A DNA stretch of 64,000 bases from contig CAWGTN010000002.1 in the NCBI GenBank assembly GCA_963825525.1, positions 1,760,001-1,824,000 of the forward strand, written 5' to 3'. Shown piece by piece: positions 48,685 through 58,315 of this stretch. Position 1 is the stretch's first letter, and every line of letters begins with the position of its first letter. This stretch comes from an uncultured Chloroflexia bacterium (GTDB taxonomy: Bacteria; Chloroflexota; Limnocylindria; QHBO01). The position numbers and the translations under genes were made by a program. Below the pieces are notes generated by a model. The model was not told the DNA's origin. It ran no database searches and saw only the letters and a program-made list of their open reading frames with translations.

Positions 48685-50229
48685 ATGACAGCGACGACCA
48701 CCGATCTCCTGCTCGAGGCCTCCGGGGTCTCGAAGGCCTACGGTGCCGTGGTGGCGTTGCGCTCGGCCTCGCTCTCGGTACGCCCGGGCGAGGTGCATGC
48801 CCTGATGGGGGCGAACGGCGCCGGCAAGAGCACATTCGTCAAGATCCTGACCGGCGCGGTGCGACCCGACACGGGCCGAATCGCCGTCCGCGGTCGCGAG
48901 CGAACCGCCCACTCCCCGCTGGAGGCGCGGCGCGGCGGTGTGATCAGTGTCTACCAGGAACCATCCCTCATCCCCGACCTGGACATCAGGTCCAATCTGC
49001 GCCTGACCGAGACGCCGATGGAGCCCTTCCGTCACTGGCTCGCCGAGCTCGGCCTTCCCAACCTGGACGTGATGCAGCCCGCGCGAAACCTGCCGCTTGC
49101 TTCGCTGCGCATCATCGACCTGGCGCGCGCCATCGCGTTCGAGCCGGACGTGATCATGCTCGACGAGATGACTGCGGCGCTGCCGGCAAACCTCACCGAA
49201 CACGTCCTCGAGGTCATCGGTCGGCGTCGCGGCGGCGAGGGATCCGTGATCTTCATCTCACACCGCATGATCGAGATCGCATCGGTCTGCGACCGCGCCA
49301 CCGTGCTGCGCGAAGGCGAGACCGTCGGCGTCGTCGATGTCGCCGAGGGCTCCGAGGAACGAATCGTCGAGCTCATGCTCGGCGAGAACGCCGTGGACGC
49401 ACCGGGCCGCCGGAGCTCGAGCTCGACCGAGACGGCCGGCGACGTGACTCCGCATCTATCTCTGCGCGAACTCACCAAGGGCACGAAGCTCAAGGGCGTG
49501 TCCTTCGACCTGCGACCGGGCGAGGTCCTCGGCGTCGTGGCGCTCGAGGGCCAGGGCCAGGACGAGCTGTTCGACATCCTGGCCGGCGCGGATCGGCCGG
49601 ACGGCGGCGAGCTCAGCGTCGACGGCGCGCCCGTCTCGTTCCGCCATCCCGCCGATGCCATCCGCGCGGGCGTGGTCTACGTGGCGGCCGACCGCGCCGA
49701 GGCGCTCCTCATGCAGCGGTCCGTTCGCGAGAACATTGCGCTGCCCTTCAGCGCGCACCCCGGCAGCTGGGGGCTGATCGACGTCGCCGCCGAGCGGCGG
49801 ACCATCGACGAGGCGGTCGCCACCCTGCAGATCGACGCGCGCGCCGGAAACGAGGTCCGGCGCCTCTCCGGCGGGAACCAGCAGAAGGTGACCATCGCCC
49901 GTTGGGTCGCCCGCGGCATCCGGACGATGCTGTGCTTCGATCCGACGCGCGGGATCGACATTCGAACCAAGAACCAGATCTATCGGCTGCTCCGCGACCT
50001 GGCCGCCTCCGGCGCATCAGTCCTCTTCTACACCTCGGAGCTCAAGGAGATCCAGCTTGCCTGCGACCGAGCCGTGGTGATCTTCGGCGGAGAGGTGGTG
50101 GACGAGCTCGATGCGGCCGATGCCGACGAGACCACGCTTCTTCGAGCGGCTCACAACCTGCCTGCCGACGAGACAGGCGAAAGCCCGCCGAGCAGCGATG
50201 GCGCCGCCGGAGGCGAGGCAGGGACATGA
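48685..50229 (+). CDS. Sugar ABC transporter ATP-binding protein (CUT2, tandem ABC)
   Basis: GANGAGKST, FISHR, LSGGNQQKV, DPTRGID. Confidence 0.93.
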   Translation: MTATTTDLLLEASGVSKAYGAVVALRSASLSVRPGEVHALMGANGAGKSTFVKILTGAVRPDTGRIAVRGRERTAHSPLEARRGGVISVYQEPSLIPDLDIRSNLRLTETPMEPFRHWLAELGLPNLDVMQPARNLPLASLRIIDLARAIAFEPDVIMLDEMTAALPANLTEHVLEVIGRRRGGEGSVIFISHRMIEIASVCDRATVLREGETVGVVDVAEGSEERIVELMLGENAVDAPGRRSSSSTETAGDVTPHLSLRELTKGTKLKGVSFDLRPGEVLGVVALEGQGQDELFDILAGADRPDGGELSVDGAPVSFRHPADAIRAGVVYVAADRAEALLMQRSVRENIALPFSAHPGSWGLIDVAAERRTIDEAVATLQIDARAGNEVRRLSGGNQQKVTIARWVARGIRTMLCFDPTRGIDIRTKNQIYRLLRDLAASGASVLFYTSELKEIQLACDRAVVIFGGEVVDELDAADADETTLLRAAHNLPADETGESPPSSDGAAGGEAGT

Positions 50230-51230
50230 CCGCATCGACGCGTGCGCGCACTCCCGCGTCCGGCATGCCTTCGCAGGCCATCGCCCGCTGGGCGCGCCGC
50301 AACGCGTGGCCGCTCGGCCTGCTGGCCTTCCTCTTCCTCCTGATCCTCTTCACGCGGATGATCCAGCCGCGCTACGGCGTGGCCGGCATCCAGGGGCTCG
50401 CCATCTCCGTGCTGCCGCTGGCGCTCGCCGCGGTCGCCCAGGCCGTGGTCATCATCTCCGGCGGCATCGACCTCTCGATCGGTTCGGTCATGGCATTGAC
50501 GAGTGTCGTGTCGGCGACCCTGATGGACGGTCAGAGCGCCGAGGTCGCGATTCTGGTCGTCATCGGCGTGCTGATTCTCGGCCTCGTGATCGGCGCGATC
50601 AACGGGGCCGTGGTCGTGATCACGAAGGTACCGGACATCGTCGTGACCCTGGCCATGCTCTTCATATGGGCCGGGCTCGCCCTCGTCGTGCGCTCGGCGC
50701 CCGGTGGGGGAGCGGCCGAATGGCTTCGCTCGCTCGTGCTCGGCTCGGTCGGCGTCGAGTGGGTGCCGAAGGCGGCCCTCGTCCTCGTCGTCGTGGTGGC
50801 CGCGGTCTGGATCCCGCTCTCGCGCTCGCGGATCGGGCTCTCCTTCTACGCGATCGGCAGCGACTCGCTGGCGGCATATCGCAGCGGCGTCTCGATCGGG
50901 CGGACGAAGATCCTGGCGTACGCGGTGGCCGGCCTCTTCGCGGCGCTCGGCGGCATCTCGCTCACCGCCAGCACCGGGATCGGGACGCCGGTGCCGGGCC
51001 CGTACACCCTTCTGAGCGTCGCGGCCGTCGTCCTCGGAGGCGTCAGCCTGGCCGGTGGTCGCGGAGGGGTCTTCGGGCCGATCGTGGGCGTCTTCGTGCT
51101 GCAGCTCATCCGAACCGACATGACATTCCTGAACATCAACACCAATCTCGCGGTTGTATCCCAGGGCGCCATCCTCATCGGCGTGGTGATGGTCGGCAGC
51201 CTCATCGAGCTTCGGAGGGCGCGGGCATGA
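50226..51230 (+). CDS. Sugar ABC transporter permease
   Basis: GGIDLSIGS, YAIG....A..SG, AAVVLGGVSLAGGRG. Confidence 0.93.
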   Translation: MTASTRARTPASGMPSQAIARWARRNAWPLGLLAFLFLLILFTRMIQPRYGVAGIQGLAISVLPLALAAVAQAVVIISGGIDLSIGSVMALTSVVSATLMDGQSAEVAILVVIGVLILGLVIGAINGAVVVITKVPDIVVTLAMLFIWAGLALVVRSAPGGGAAEWLRSLVLGSVGVEWVPKAALVLVVVVAAVWIPLSRSRIGLSFYAIGSDSLAAYRSGVSIGRTKILAYAVAGLFAALGGISLTASTGIGTPVPGPYTLLSVAAVVLGGVSLAGGRGGVFGPIVGVFVLQLIRTDMTFLNINTNLAVVSQGAILIGVVMVGSLIELRRARA

Positions 51231-52216
51231 CGGCAGGCGCGGGCGTGAGACCAGCGAGCGGCCTGGCCGGCGTGCGATCGCTGTTCCGGGATCGGCCGAT
51301 CATCCCGCTCCTGGGCCTGCTTCTGATCCTGGTGGTCGCCATCGGGATCGTTCGCCCCGGCATCGTCGGGCTGCCATGGGCCGGCGTGATCCTCCGCGCG
51401 TCCGTCCCGCTCGCCATCCTGGCCGGTTGCCAGACGCTGACGATGCTGACCGGCGGCATCGACCTGTCGGTCGGTGCGGTCGCCTCGATGGCCGGATTCG
51501 TCACCGCGACGCTGGTGAACAGTCCGGGCGGCGTCCCGCTCGGCATCGCGGTCTCGCTCATCGCGGCTGCGCTGGCCGGCTCCGTCACGGGCGTCGGCGT
51601 GGGCATCTTCCGCGTCCACCCACTGATCATGACCCTGGGCATGAGCTTCGTGGTGCTCGGGCTCGCAAACGTCTGGCAGATCATCACGGTCCAGACCGGC
51701 TCGGGCGTACCTGACTCCCTCCGCTGGCTTGGGTCGAGCACGTTCCTCGACATCATCCCGTACAGCCTGCTGTTGTTCGTCCCGCTCGCCGTGCTGATCC
51801 TGGTCGGCCTGCGCCGGTCGGGCTATGGGCGGCTGCTCTTCGCGATCGGTGACAACCCGGTGGCGGCCCGCCTGTCCGGCGTCCGCTCGTGGCAGGTCAT
51901 CGTGGTCCTGTACGTCATCTCGGCGGTGCTGGCGGCGATCGCGGGGCTGCTCATCTCGGGCCTCACCAACACCGCGAGCGTCTCGCTCGCCGATTCGTAC
52001 GTCCTGCCATCGGTCGCCGCGGCCGTCATCGGTGGAACGTCGATCCTGGGAGGTCGGGGCGGATACGGCGGCACCATGGTGGGCGCGCTGATTCTCACCG
52101 TTCTCACGGCGCTGCTCACCGTCATCGGCCTGACCGAGCCGATGCGTCAGATCCTCTTCGGCTCGATCATCGTGGTCGTCGCGGCCGCGTATACGCGGGT
52201 CACGGCAGCGTCCTGA
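51227..52216 (+). CDS. Sugar ABC transporter permease
   Basis: GGIDLSVG, FAIGDNPVAARLSG, AAAVIGGTSILGGRG. Confidence 0.93.
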   Translation: MTAGAGVRPASGLAGVRSLFRDRPIIPLLGLLLILVVAIGIVRPGIVGLPWAGVILRASVPLAILAGCQTLTMLTGGIDLSVGAVASMAGFVTATLVNSPGGVPLGIAVSLIAAALAGSVTGVGVGIFRVHPLIMTLGMSFVVLGLANVWQIITVQTGSGVPDSLRWLGSSTFLDIIPYSLLLFVPLAVLILVGLRRSGYGRLLFAIGDNPVAARLSGVRSWQVIVVLYVISAVLAAIAGLLISGLTNTASVSLADSYVLPSVAAAVIGGTSILGGRGGYGGTMVGALILTVLTALLTVIGLTEPMRQILFGSIIVVVAAAYTRVTAAS

Positions 52217-52223
52217 TGGGCCG

Positions 52224-53178
52224 ATGAGCGAGCCTGCCACCACTCGCCATCTCGGGCTCGACCTCGGCGGCACGAATATCAAGTGGGTGGTGGCGCAGCA
52301 GGCTGAGGACGGCTGGAGCTCTGTGGATCGCGGCGCGGTTGCCACCGAGGCAATCGGAGGGTCCGACGGCGGTCATCCGTCGCCTGACCGAGGTGGGGGC
52401 GGAGGCCATTACCAGGTATCCCGAGGTTGCCACCGTCGGGGTCGGCGTGCCGGGACTGTATGACCCCGAGGCCGGCACGATTCGCTTCCTGCCGAACCTG
52501 CCCGGCGCGTGGTCGGGCCAACCGGTGGCGCGGGCGGTGGCCGCCGAGCTGAATCGGCCAGCCCACCTGGTGAACGACGCGCGGGCTTTCGGGCTCGCGG
52601 AGCTGCGACTCGGAGCGGGGCGCGGGGTATCGGCGATGATCGGCCTCACCATCGGCACCGGAGTCGGGGGCGTGGTCGCACTCGACGGTCGCGTCTACCA
52701 GGGCCGGGACGGCACCGGCGGCGAGCTGGGGCACCAGACGATCGACCCGGACGGTCCGTGGTGCGGCTGCGGCAATCGCGGCTGCCTCGAGGCATTCACC
52801 CGGGCCGACCAGATTGCGGTCGCCTGCGGCACCCCGACCGCGGACGAGGCGGTGAGTCGTGCCCGTGCGAACGACCCCCGAGCGGTCGACGGGATCGCGC
52901 AGATCGGACGCTATCTCGGGATCGGGATCGCAAACATGGTCGCCGTCCTCACCCCGGAGCGGATCGTCATCGGCGGCGGGGTCTCCTCGGCCGCCGACCT
53001 GTTCTTCGGCCCGATCTGGTCCGAGCTGCGGCGGCGTGTCCACACAACGTCGCTCGACGGTCTCGAGATCGTCGCGGCCGAGCTTGGGACCTGGGCCGGC
53101 GCCATCGGCGCCGCGGTTCATGGCGCGGAGAGCGTCGAGCAGGCGGTGGCCGCGGTCAGTGCCCCGATGAGCAGGTGA
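52224..53178 (+). CDS. ROK family sugar kinase (apparent +1 frameshift at about 52352)
   Basis: GLDLGGTNIK phosphate-1 motif in the first frame; GVGVPG, NDA, GTGVGG, GELGH, CGCGNRGCLE in the next frame. Confidence 0.87.
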
Positions 53179-53924
53179 TGACGCCGCCCTCGTTGCCCCG
53201 CTACCGGACCATCGAGCTTGCGCTCCGCGAGCGCGCCGCCACGCTCCAGCCGGGCGACCTGATGCCGTCCGACAGCGAGCTTGTCGCGGAATTCGGCGTG
53301 AGCCGCATGACCGCCCGCAACGCGATGCAGCGGCTTGCCGAGGATGGTCTCGTCCAGCGCCTCCCGGGCCGTGGCAGCTTCGTCGCCGAGCCATCGTCCC
53401 ATCGGCGCGCGGACCGGCTCATGAGCTTCAGCTCGGAGATGCTGCGCCGGGGTCGTCAGCCGAGCTCGGTCATCGTCGACCGGGAGATCCGGCCCGCGTG
53501 GCCCTCGATCGCCGGCGAGCTTGGGGTTGGCGAGGGATCGCCGGTCGTCCTCCTGCGCCGCGTCCGCTGCGCCGATGAGGAGCCGATCGCCCTCGAGACG
53601 ACCGTGCTGGTCGGATCGACCTCGCCGGCCGTGATGGCGGCGGACCTTCGCCACGAGTCGCTGCACGCGGTCCTTGCTGCCGCCGGATGGCATCTGCGGC
53701 GCGGGGCGGCTGTGGTCAGCGCTTCGGCCGCCACGAGAGAGGATTCCCGCCTGCTGACCGTAGAGAAGGGAACGCCCATCCTGGTCGAGCGACGCGTCAT
53801 CCTGGACGCGCAACGGCGGCCGGTCGAGGTCACCGAGTCCCGATATCCCGGCGATCGCTACGCCATCGACGTGCGGTTCGCCGTCGAGGCGCCCGACCGC
53901 CACGACGAACGGCCCGCCGGCTAG
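53178..53924 (+). CDS. GntR family regulator, HutC subfamily (UTRA domain)
   Basis: PSDSELVAEFGVSRMTARNA, GRGSFV, UTRA C-terminus (RVR..D.EPIALE, YPGDRY). Confidence 0.93.
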   Translation: MTPPSLPRYRTIELALRERAATLQPGDLMPSDSELVAEFGVSRMTARNAMQRLAEDGLVQRLPGRGSFVAEPSSHRRADRLMSFSSEMLRRGRQPSSVIVDREIRPAWPSIAGELGVGEGSPVVLLRRVRCADEEPIALETTVLVGSTSPAVMAADLRHESLHAVLAAAGWHLRRGAAVVSASAATREDSRLLTVEKGTPILVERRVILDAQRRPVEVTESRYPGDRYAIDVRFAVEAPDRHDERPAG

Positions 53925-53940
53925 GTCAGCCGGGGCACGG

Positions 53941-54744
53941 TCAGCGGGCCGGCATGGCGGCGAAGGTCCGCTCGATGTCATCCAGGATGCGAATCGTCGC
54001 CTCGGTCACGACCTCGAGGTAGCGCTCACCGAACTCGGGCGTGGAATCGCGCGCATCGCCCCAGGTGCCCGAGTGCGTGGCACGGTGGACGGAGCCGGGT
54101 GCCGAGAAGAAGAACGCGGTATGGACCGGCGCCTGGCTCGAGACATCGGGGAAGGGCGGCATCTCGGCATTCGCCCGCTCCATGTCGACCAGATTCGGGT
54201 CGATCGCCAGGACAGCCGACGTTTCGCCCCGGTTGGCGTGCAGGCCGGCGCTAGGCCCGAAGAACTCCGCCGACTCCTCGGCGGTCATCCCGTCCCAATA
54301 GTTGATCGGGAAGGTGACGGCATCGACGGGGAGTCGTTCGCGGGCCGCGGCGCAGGCGTAGGCGATGGCATAGGTGTTGTCGTAGTGCCCATTGAGGAAC
54401 ACGATCCGGCGGAAGCCGGCATCGGCGAATGAGACGCACAGGTCCTCGATGAGCGCCATGAAGGTCTGCACCCGAATGTGGACCACACCGGTGAACCCGA
54501 CGTGTGGGTAGGAGAGCGCGTAGTTGATCGGCGGCGCGACGACGGCGCCGACGCGCGGTGCGGCGCGCCGAGCCACCTCCTGCGGCACCAGGACATCGGT
54601 GAGCAGCGGGCCATGGGGTCCGTGCTGCTCGGTCGACCCGGTGGGGACGATCACGGTCTGGTGCTCGCGCAGGAACGCCTCGACCTCGGGATTGGTCATT
54701 TCGCCCAGGAACACGGTGGACGGTTTCACGCGATGCCTCCTCAA
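53941..54744 (-). CDS. Creatininase family amidohydrolase
   Basis: PTGSTEQHGPH...TD, NGH..N, HA...ETS. Confidence 0.9.
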   Translation of the reverse strand: MRRHRVKPSTVFLGEMTNPEVEAFLREHQTVIVPTGSTEQHGPHGPLLTDVLVPQEVARRAAPRVGAVVAPPINYALSYPHVGFTGVVHIRVQTFMALIEDLCVSFADAGFRRIVFLNGHYDNTYAIAYACAAARERLPVDAVTFPINYWDGMTAEESAEFFGPSAGLHANRGETSAVLAIDPNLVDMERANAEMPPFPDVSSQAPVHTAFFFSAPGSVHRATHSGTWGDARDSTPEFGERYLEVVTEATIRILDDIERTFAAMPAR

Positions 54745-54755
54745 AGACGGGTTGG

Positions 54756-55604
54756 TCAGCCGATGTGGGTCGTGAGCTCGCCGATCCCCTGGATCCAGGC
54801 CGTCACCTCATCGCCACCACGCAGCCGGCGGCCCGGTCCCGGCGGGGTCGACAGACGCGACGGGGTGCCGGTGGCGATCAGGTCGCCCGGCTCGAGACGG
54901 ACGTGCCGCGAGAGGTAGGCGAGGATTTCCGGAATCCGGGTCCGCATCAGCGAGGTGCGAGCGTCCTGGATCGTCTCGCCGCTGATCCTGCAGCCGAGCG
55001 CCAGGTCGTCGGGGTCGAGGGAGTCGGCGGTCACGACCCACGGACCGACCGGGCAGAAGCCGGGCAACGACTTGCCGATCAACCACTGGTCGCCGTCGAG
55101 CCACGGGTCGCGGGCCGAGACGTCGTTGATGATGGTGTAGCCGAAGACGTGCTGCATGGCTCGCTCGGGCGCGACGTTGAAGGCCGGTGCGCCGACGACC
55201 ACCCCGAGCTCGACTTCCGCGTCCACGTCGTCGCTCACCGATCGGTCCCACGTGAGCGTCGTATCGTGCGCACCAACTGAGTTCGCTGCCTTGCCGTACA
55301 CGAGCGGCCGCTCCGGGGCCTCCTCGGCCGCCGGGTCGGCAGAGCGGTAGTTGTGCCCGATGGTGTAGATCGCGCCCGGATCGGTGACCGCCGGCCCGAT
55401 GACGACGTCCTCGAGCCCGGCCCAGCCGCTCGGTGGCTGGGCGTCGGCCCACGAGGCAACCCGTGCCAGGAGCTCGGGACCGCCCGCCGCGACCGATCGC
55501 ATCGAGGCGAAGGCCGGTTCGGCGGGGTCGAGACTCAGGCAGCGATCGTCGCGGACGACGGCAACCCGTGGCGCTGCACCGTCGACGATCGTGGCGAGTC
55601 GCAT
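54756..55604 (-). CDS. Fumarylacetoacetate hydrolase family protein
   Basis: IGHNY, DAEVELGVV, YTIINDVSAR, GKS, PGDLIATGTP. Confidence 0.92.
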   Translation of the reverse strand: MRLATIVDGAAPRVAVVRDDRCLSLDPAEPAFASMRSVAAGGPELLARVASWADAQPPSGWAGLEDVVIGPAVTDPGAIYTIGHNYRSADPAAEEAPERPLVYGKAANSVGAHDTTLTWDRSVSDDVDAEVELGVVVGAPAFNVAPERAMQHVFGYTIINDVSARDPWLDGDQWLIGKSLPGFCPVGPWVVTADSLDPDDLALGCRISGETIQDARTSLMRTRIPEILAYLSRHVRLEPGDLIATGTPSRLSTPPGPGRRLRGGDEVTAWIQGIGELTTHIG

Positions 55605-55607
55605 GGG

Positions 55608-56465
55608 TCAGGCGCTCGCCGAGGGGTCGGCCAGGAGCGGGGCGACCGCTCGGCGCATGACCTCCGCCATGCCAGCCACTCCCGTCCAGCGCTCGAAGGC
55701 GATGGACGCCTGGGCGATGAGCATCTCCGAACCATTGGCTGCCCGCAGCCCTCGTCGCCGCGCGGCCGCGAGCAGCGGCGTCTCAGCCGGGACGTAGACG
55801 AGGTCAAAGACCGTGGCCCCATCGGGAAGAAGCTCGACCGGGATGGTGACGCCCGGGTCGACCATGCCGACCGTGGTCGCGTTGACCGCCAGATCGGCGC
55901 CGCGCAGCCCATCGCGGAACCGCAGCCCGCCGATCGCCCCGCCGCTCACAATCCCGCGGCCGGTCGAGGCCATTCGAGTCGCAAGCGCCTCCGCCGCATC
56001 GGCCGTCCGGTTCCCGATCGTCACCTGTGCGGCACCGGCCGCGAGGCATGCGTGCACCACCGCGTGAGCCGCGCCTCCCGCCCCGGCCACCGCGACCGAC
56101 GCCCCGGCCAGAGGACGGCCCATGGCAAGCTCCACGCCGGCACGGAAGCCCGGTGCGTCGGTGTTGATGCCGATCAGCCGCGCGTCGTCTGTCCGTACCA
56201 CGTTGTTGACCGCACCGATTGCCAGGGCATCAGGCTCGACCTCGTCGCACAGGCTCGCGACGGTTCGTTTGTAGGGCGCCGTCACGCCGAGCCCCAGCCA
56301 GCCGTCGCCGCGGGCGGCGCTGACTGCCGCACCCACGCCGTCCGCCTCGAGCTCCAGGAGCTCGTAGCGAGCGTCGATCCCGGCCGCGTCGAAGGCCGCG
56401 TTGTGCATGACCACCGAGTGCCTCCGGCGAAGCGGATGTCCCAGGAGCGCGACGCGCCGGGTCAT
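55608..56465 (-). CDS. aroE: Shikimate/quinate dehydrogenase family protein
   Basis: LLGHP..HS..MHNAAF, VTAPYK, IGAVN, NTD, GAGGAA, NRT, DLVY.P.ET. Confidence 0.85.
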   Translation of the reverse strand: MTRRVALLGHPLRRRHSVVMHNAAFDAAGIDARYELLELEADGVGAAVSAARGDGWLGLGVTAPYKRTVASLCDEVEPDALAIGAVNNVVRTDDARLIGINTDAPGFRAGVELAMGRPLAGASVAVAGAGGAAHAVVHACLAAGAAQVTIGNRTADAAEALATRMASTGRGIVSGGAIGGLRFRDGLRGADLAVNATTVGMVDPGVTIPVELLPDGATVFDLVYVPAETPLLAAARRRGLRAANGSEMLIAQASIAFERWTGVAGMAEVMRRAVAPLLADPSASA

Positions 56466-57508
56466 CGGCCCCAGCGCGCCGGAGGCCGGCGCACCGGTCC
56501 GGCCGTGTCGGGGAACGTGACGTTCGGGATGATCTCGTCCACCCATTGCTGGAGCTGAGCCGGATCCGGCGTCATGGTGTGCAGGAAGAAGTACTCGACG
56601 CCGGCGTCGACTCGTGCCTGGAGCGAGGCGATGACCTCATCCGGCGTCCCGAACAGGTAGACCGACTCGAGGTACTCCGGTCCGCGCTCGTTGCTCATGA
56701 CCTTGAGGAAGGCCCGATGCTGCTCTTCGCGCGCCTTGGCAGGATCGTTCGTCATGACGAGGTGGAGGAAGTTCTCGTGCGCGACGAGCGTGTCGGCCGG
56801 GTCACGTTCGGCGTCACGGATGGCGACCTGGAGCTCGTCCCAGTCCCGAGCGATGTCCTGCGGTGGGCACGTTGGACGGGGGATCCAGCCATCGGCCCTT
56901 ACCGTCCGCCGCTTCACCGACTCGACGAAGCGCGGGACGTCCGGCGATTTCGGGTCGGCCAGCTGCGAGCCGCCGCCGATCCATAGGAGCGGGCGCTGGG
57001 ACGTGCGGGGTTCGATGAACATGTCGTCGACGGAGTAGAAGTCACCGTGATAGGTGACCGTCTCGCCCTCGAGCATGGGCATCATGATGTCGAGCATCTC
57101 GTCGGTACGCTTGCCGCGCTCCGACTTCTTCACGCCGACCGCGTCGTACTCCGCCTCGTTCCACCCCACCCCGGCACCCAGGATGACGCGGTTGTCGGAG
57201 AGGAACTGGAGGGTCGCCAGCTCCTTCGCCAGGACGACCGGGTTGCGCAGCGGCATGATGAGGATCGAGGTCCCGAGCCGGACACGCTCGGTCGCACCGG
57301 CGGCGACGGCCAATGTCGTCAGGGGCTCGAGCCAGTTCACGGAGTAGAAGCGTCGTGCGGCGAGCAGGTGGTCGGTGATGAAGAGGCTGTCGAAGCCCAG
57401 ATCCTCGACCTGCCGGGCGAAGGCCTTGATGCCGTGAGCCCGCTCCGGGCCATCGCCCTCCCAGATGTACGACGGCAGGAAAACCCCGAACCGCCCGACG
57501 TCAGCCAT
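56462..57508 (-). CDS. LLM-class (luciferase-like) flavin/F420-dependent oxidoreductase
   Basis: EDLGFDSLFITDH, ATERVRLGT, RNPVVLAK, LGAGVGW...EY, LWIGG. Confidence 0.9.
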   Translation of the reverse strand: MADVGRFGVFLPSYIWEGDGPERAHGIKAFARQVEDLGFDSLFITDHLLAARRFYSVNWLEPLTTLAVAAGATERVRLGTSILIMPLRNPVVLAKELATLQFLSDNRVILGAGVGWNEAEYDAVGVKKSERGKRTDEMLDIMMPMLEGETVTYHGDFYSVDDMFIEPRTSQRPLLWIGGGSQLADPKSPDVPRFVESVKRRTVRADGWIPRPTCPPQDIARDWDELQVAIRDAERDPADTLVAHENFLHLVMTNDPAKAREEQHRAFLKVMSNERGPEYLESVYLFGTPDEVIASLQARVDAGVEYFFLHTMTPDPAQLQQWVDEIIPNVTFPDTAGPVRRPPARWGR

Positions 57509-57535
57509 GAATGTGCAACCCTCCAATTGGGCGAC

Positions 57536-58315
57536 CTAGCGGCCGCGATACTTCGGTTCTCGCTTGTCGAAGAAGGAGCTGGCTCCCTCGAGCATGTCCT
57601 CGCTGGCGAAGACCCGGTCCGAGGCATCCAGCTCGGCTCCCAGTCCGGTCGCGAGGTCCACGTCACCCGCCAGCGCGATGAGGCGTTTCGCCTCGCGCAC
57701 CGCGACCGGACCGCGCGTCGCGATTTCCTCCCCGATCGCGGTCGCGGCGCCCAGTGCCTCGCCCGCCGGCACCACGCGATTCACGAGGCCGATCCGCTCC
57801 GCCTCGTGAGCGTCGAGGATCCGTCCCGTCAGGATCAGCTCCCGGGCCCGAGCCTCACCGACGACGCGCGGCAGGCGCTGCGTTCCCCCTGCGCCCGGCG
57901 TCACGGCCAGGCGCACCTCCGGCAGGCCCAGCTTGGCGTGCTCGGATGCGACCCGCAGGTCACAGCACAGGGCGAGCTCCAGCCCGCCGCCCAGGGCATT
58001 CCCCTCGATGGCGGCGATCGTCGGCATGGGCAGGCGCGCGAGCCGGGAGGCGACGCCCGACTCGAGCTCGTGTCGCTCGCGTCCGGCCGTACCACGCTGG
58101 TTTTCGAAGTCGCCAACATGGGAGCCGGCCGAGAAGGCTCGCTCACCGGCGCCCGTCACCACCACCACCCGGACCTCGCCGGGATCGGCGGCCTCGAGCG
58201 TGGCCAGGGCGGCATCGAGCTGCGTGAGGAGCTCGCGAGTGACGAGATTGAGCGGCGGATTGTCCAGCGTCAGCCTTGCGACCGGCGCCAGATCCAGGTG
58301 AATGAGCTCGCTCAT
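57536..58315 (-). CDS. Enoyl-CoA hydratase/isomerase family
   Basis: AFSAG, ALGGGLELALCCD, GLPEV...PGAGGTQRL. Confidence 0.93.
   Translation of the reverse strand: MSELIHLDLAPVARLTLDNPPLNLVTRELLTQLDAALATLEAADPGEVRVVVVTGAGERAFSAGSHVGDFENQRGTAGRERHELESGVASRLARLPMPTIAAIEGNALGGGLELALCCDLRVASEHAKLGLPEVRLAVTPGAGGTQRLPRVVGEARARELILTGRILDAHEAERIGLVNRVVPAGEALGAATAIGEEIATRGPVAVREAKRLIALAGDVDLATGLGAELDASDRVFASEDMLEGASSFFDKREPKYRGR

Noticed and set aside
53941-57508. Mycofactocin or RiPP locus (creatininase as MftE)
   Set aside because: No precursor peptide, radical SAM enzyme or MftB/D/F in the window.
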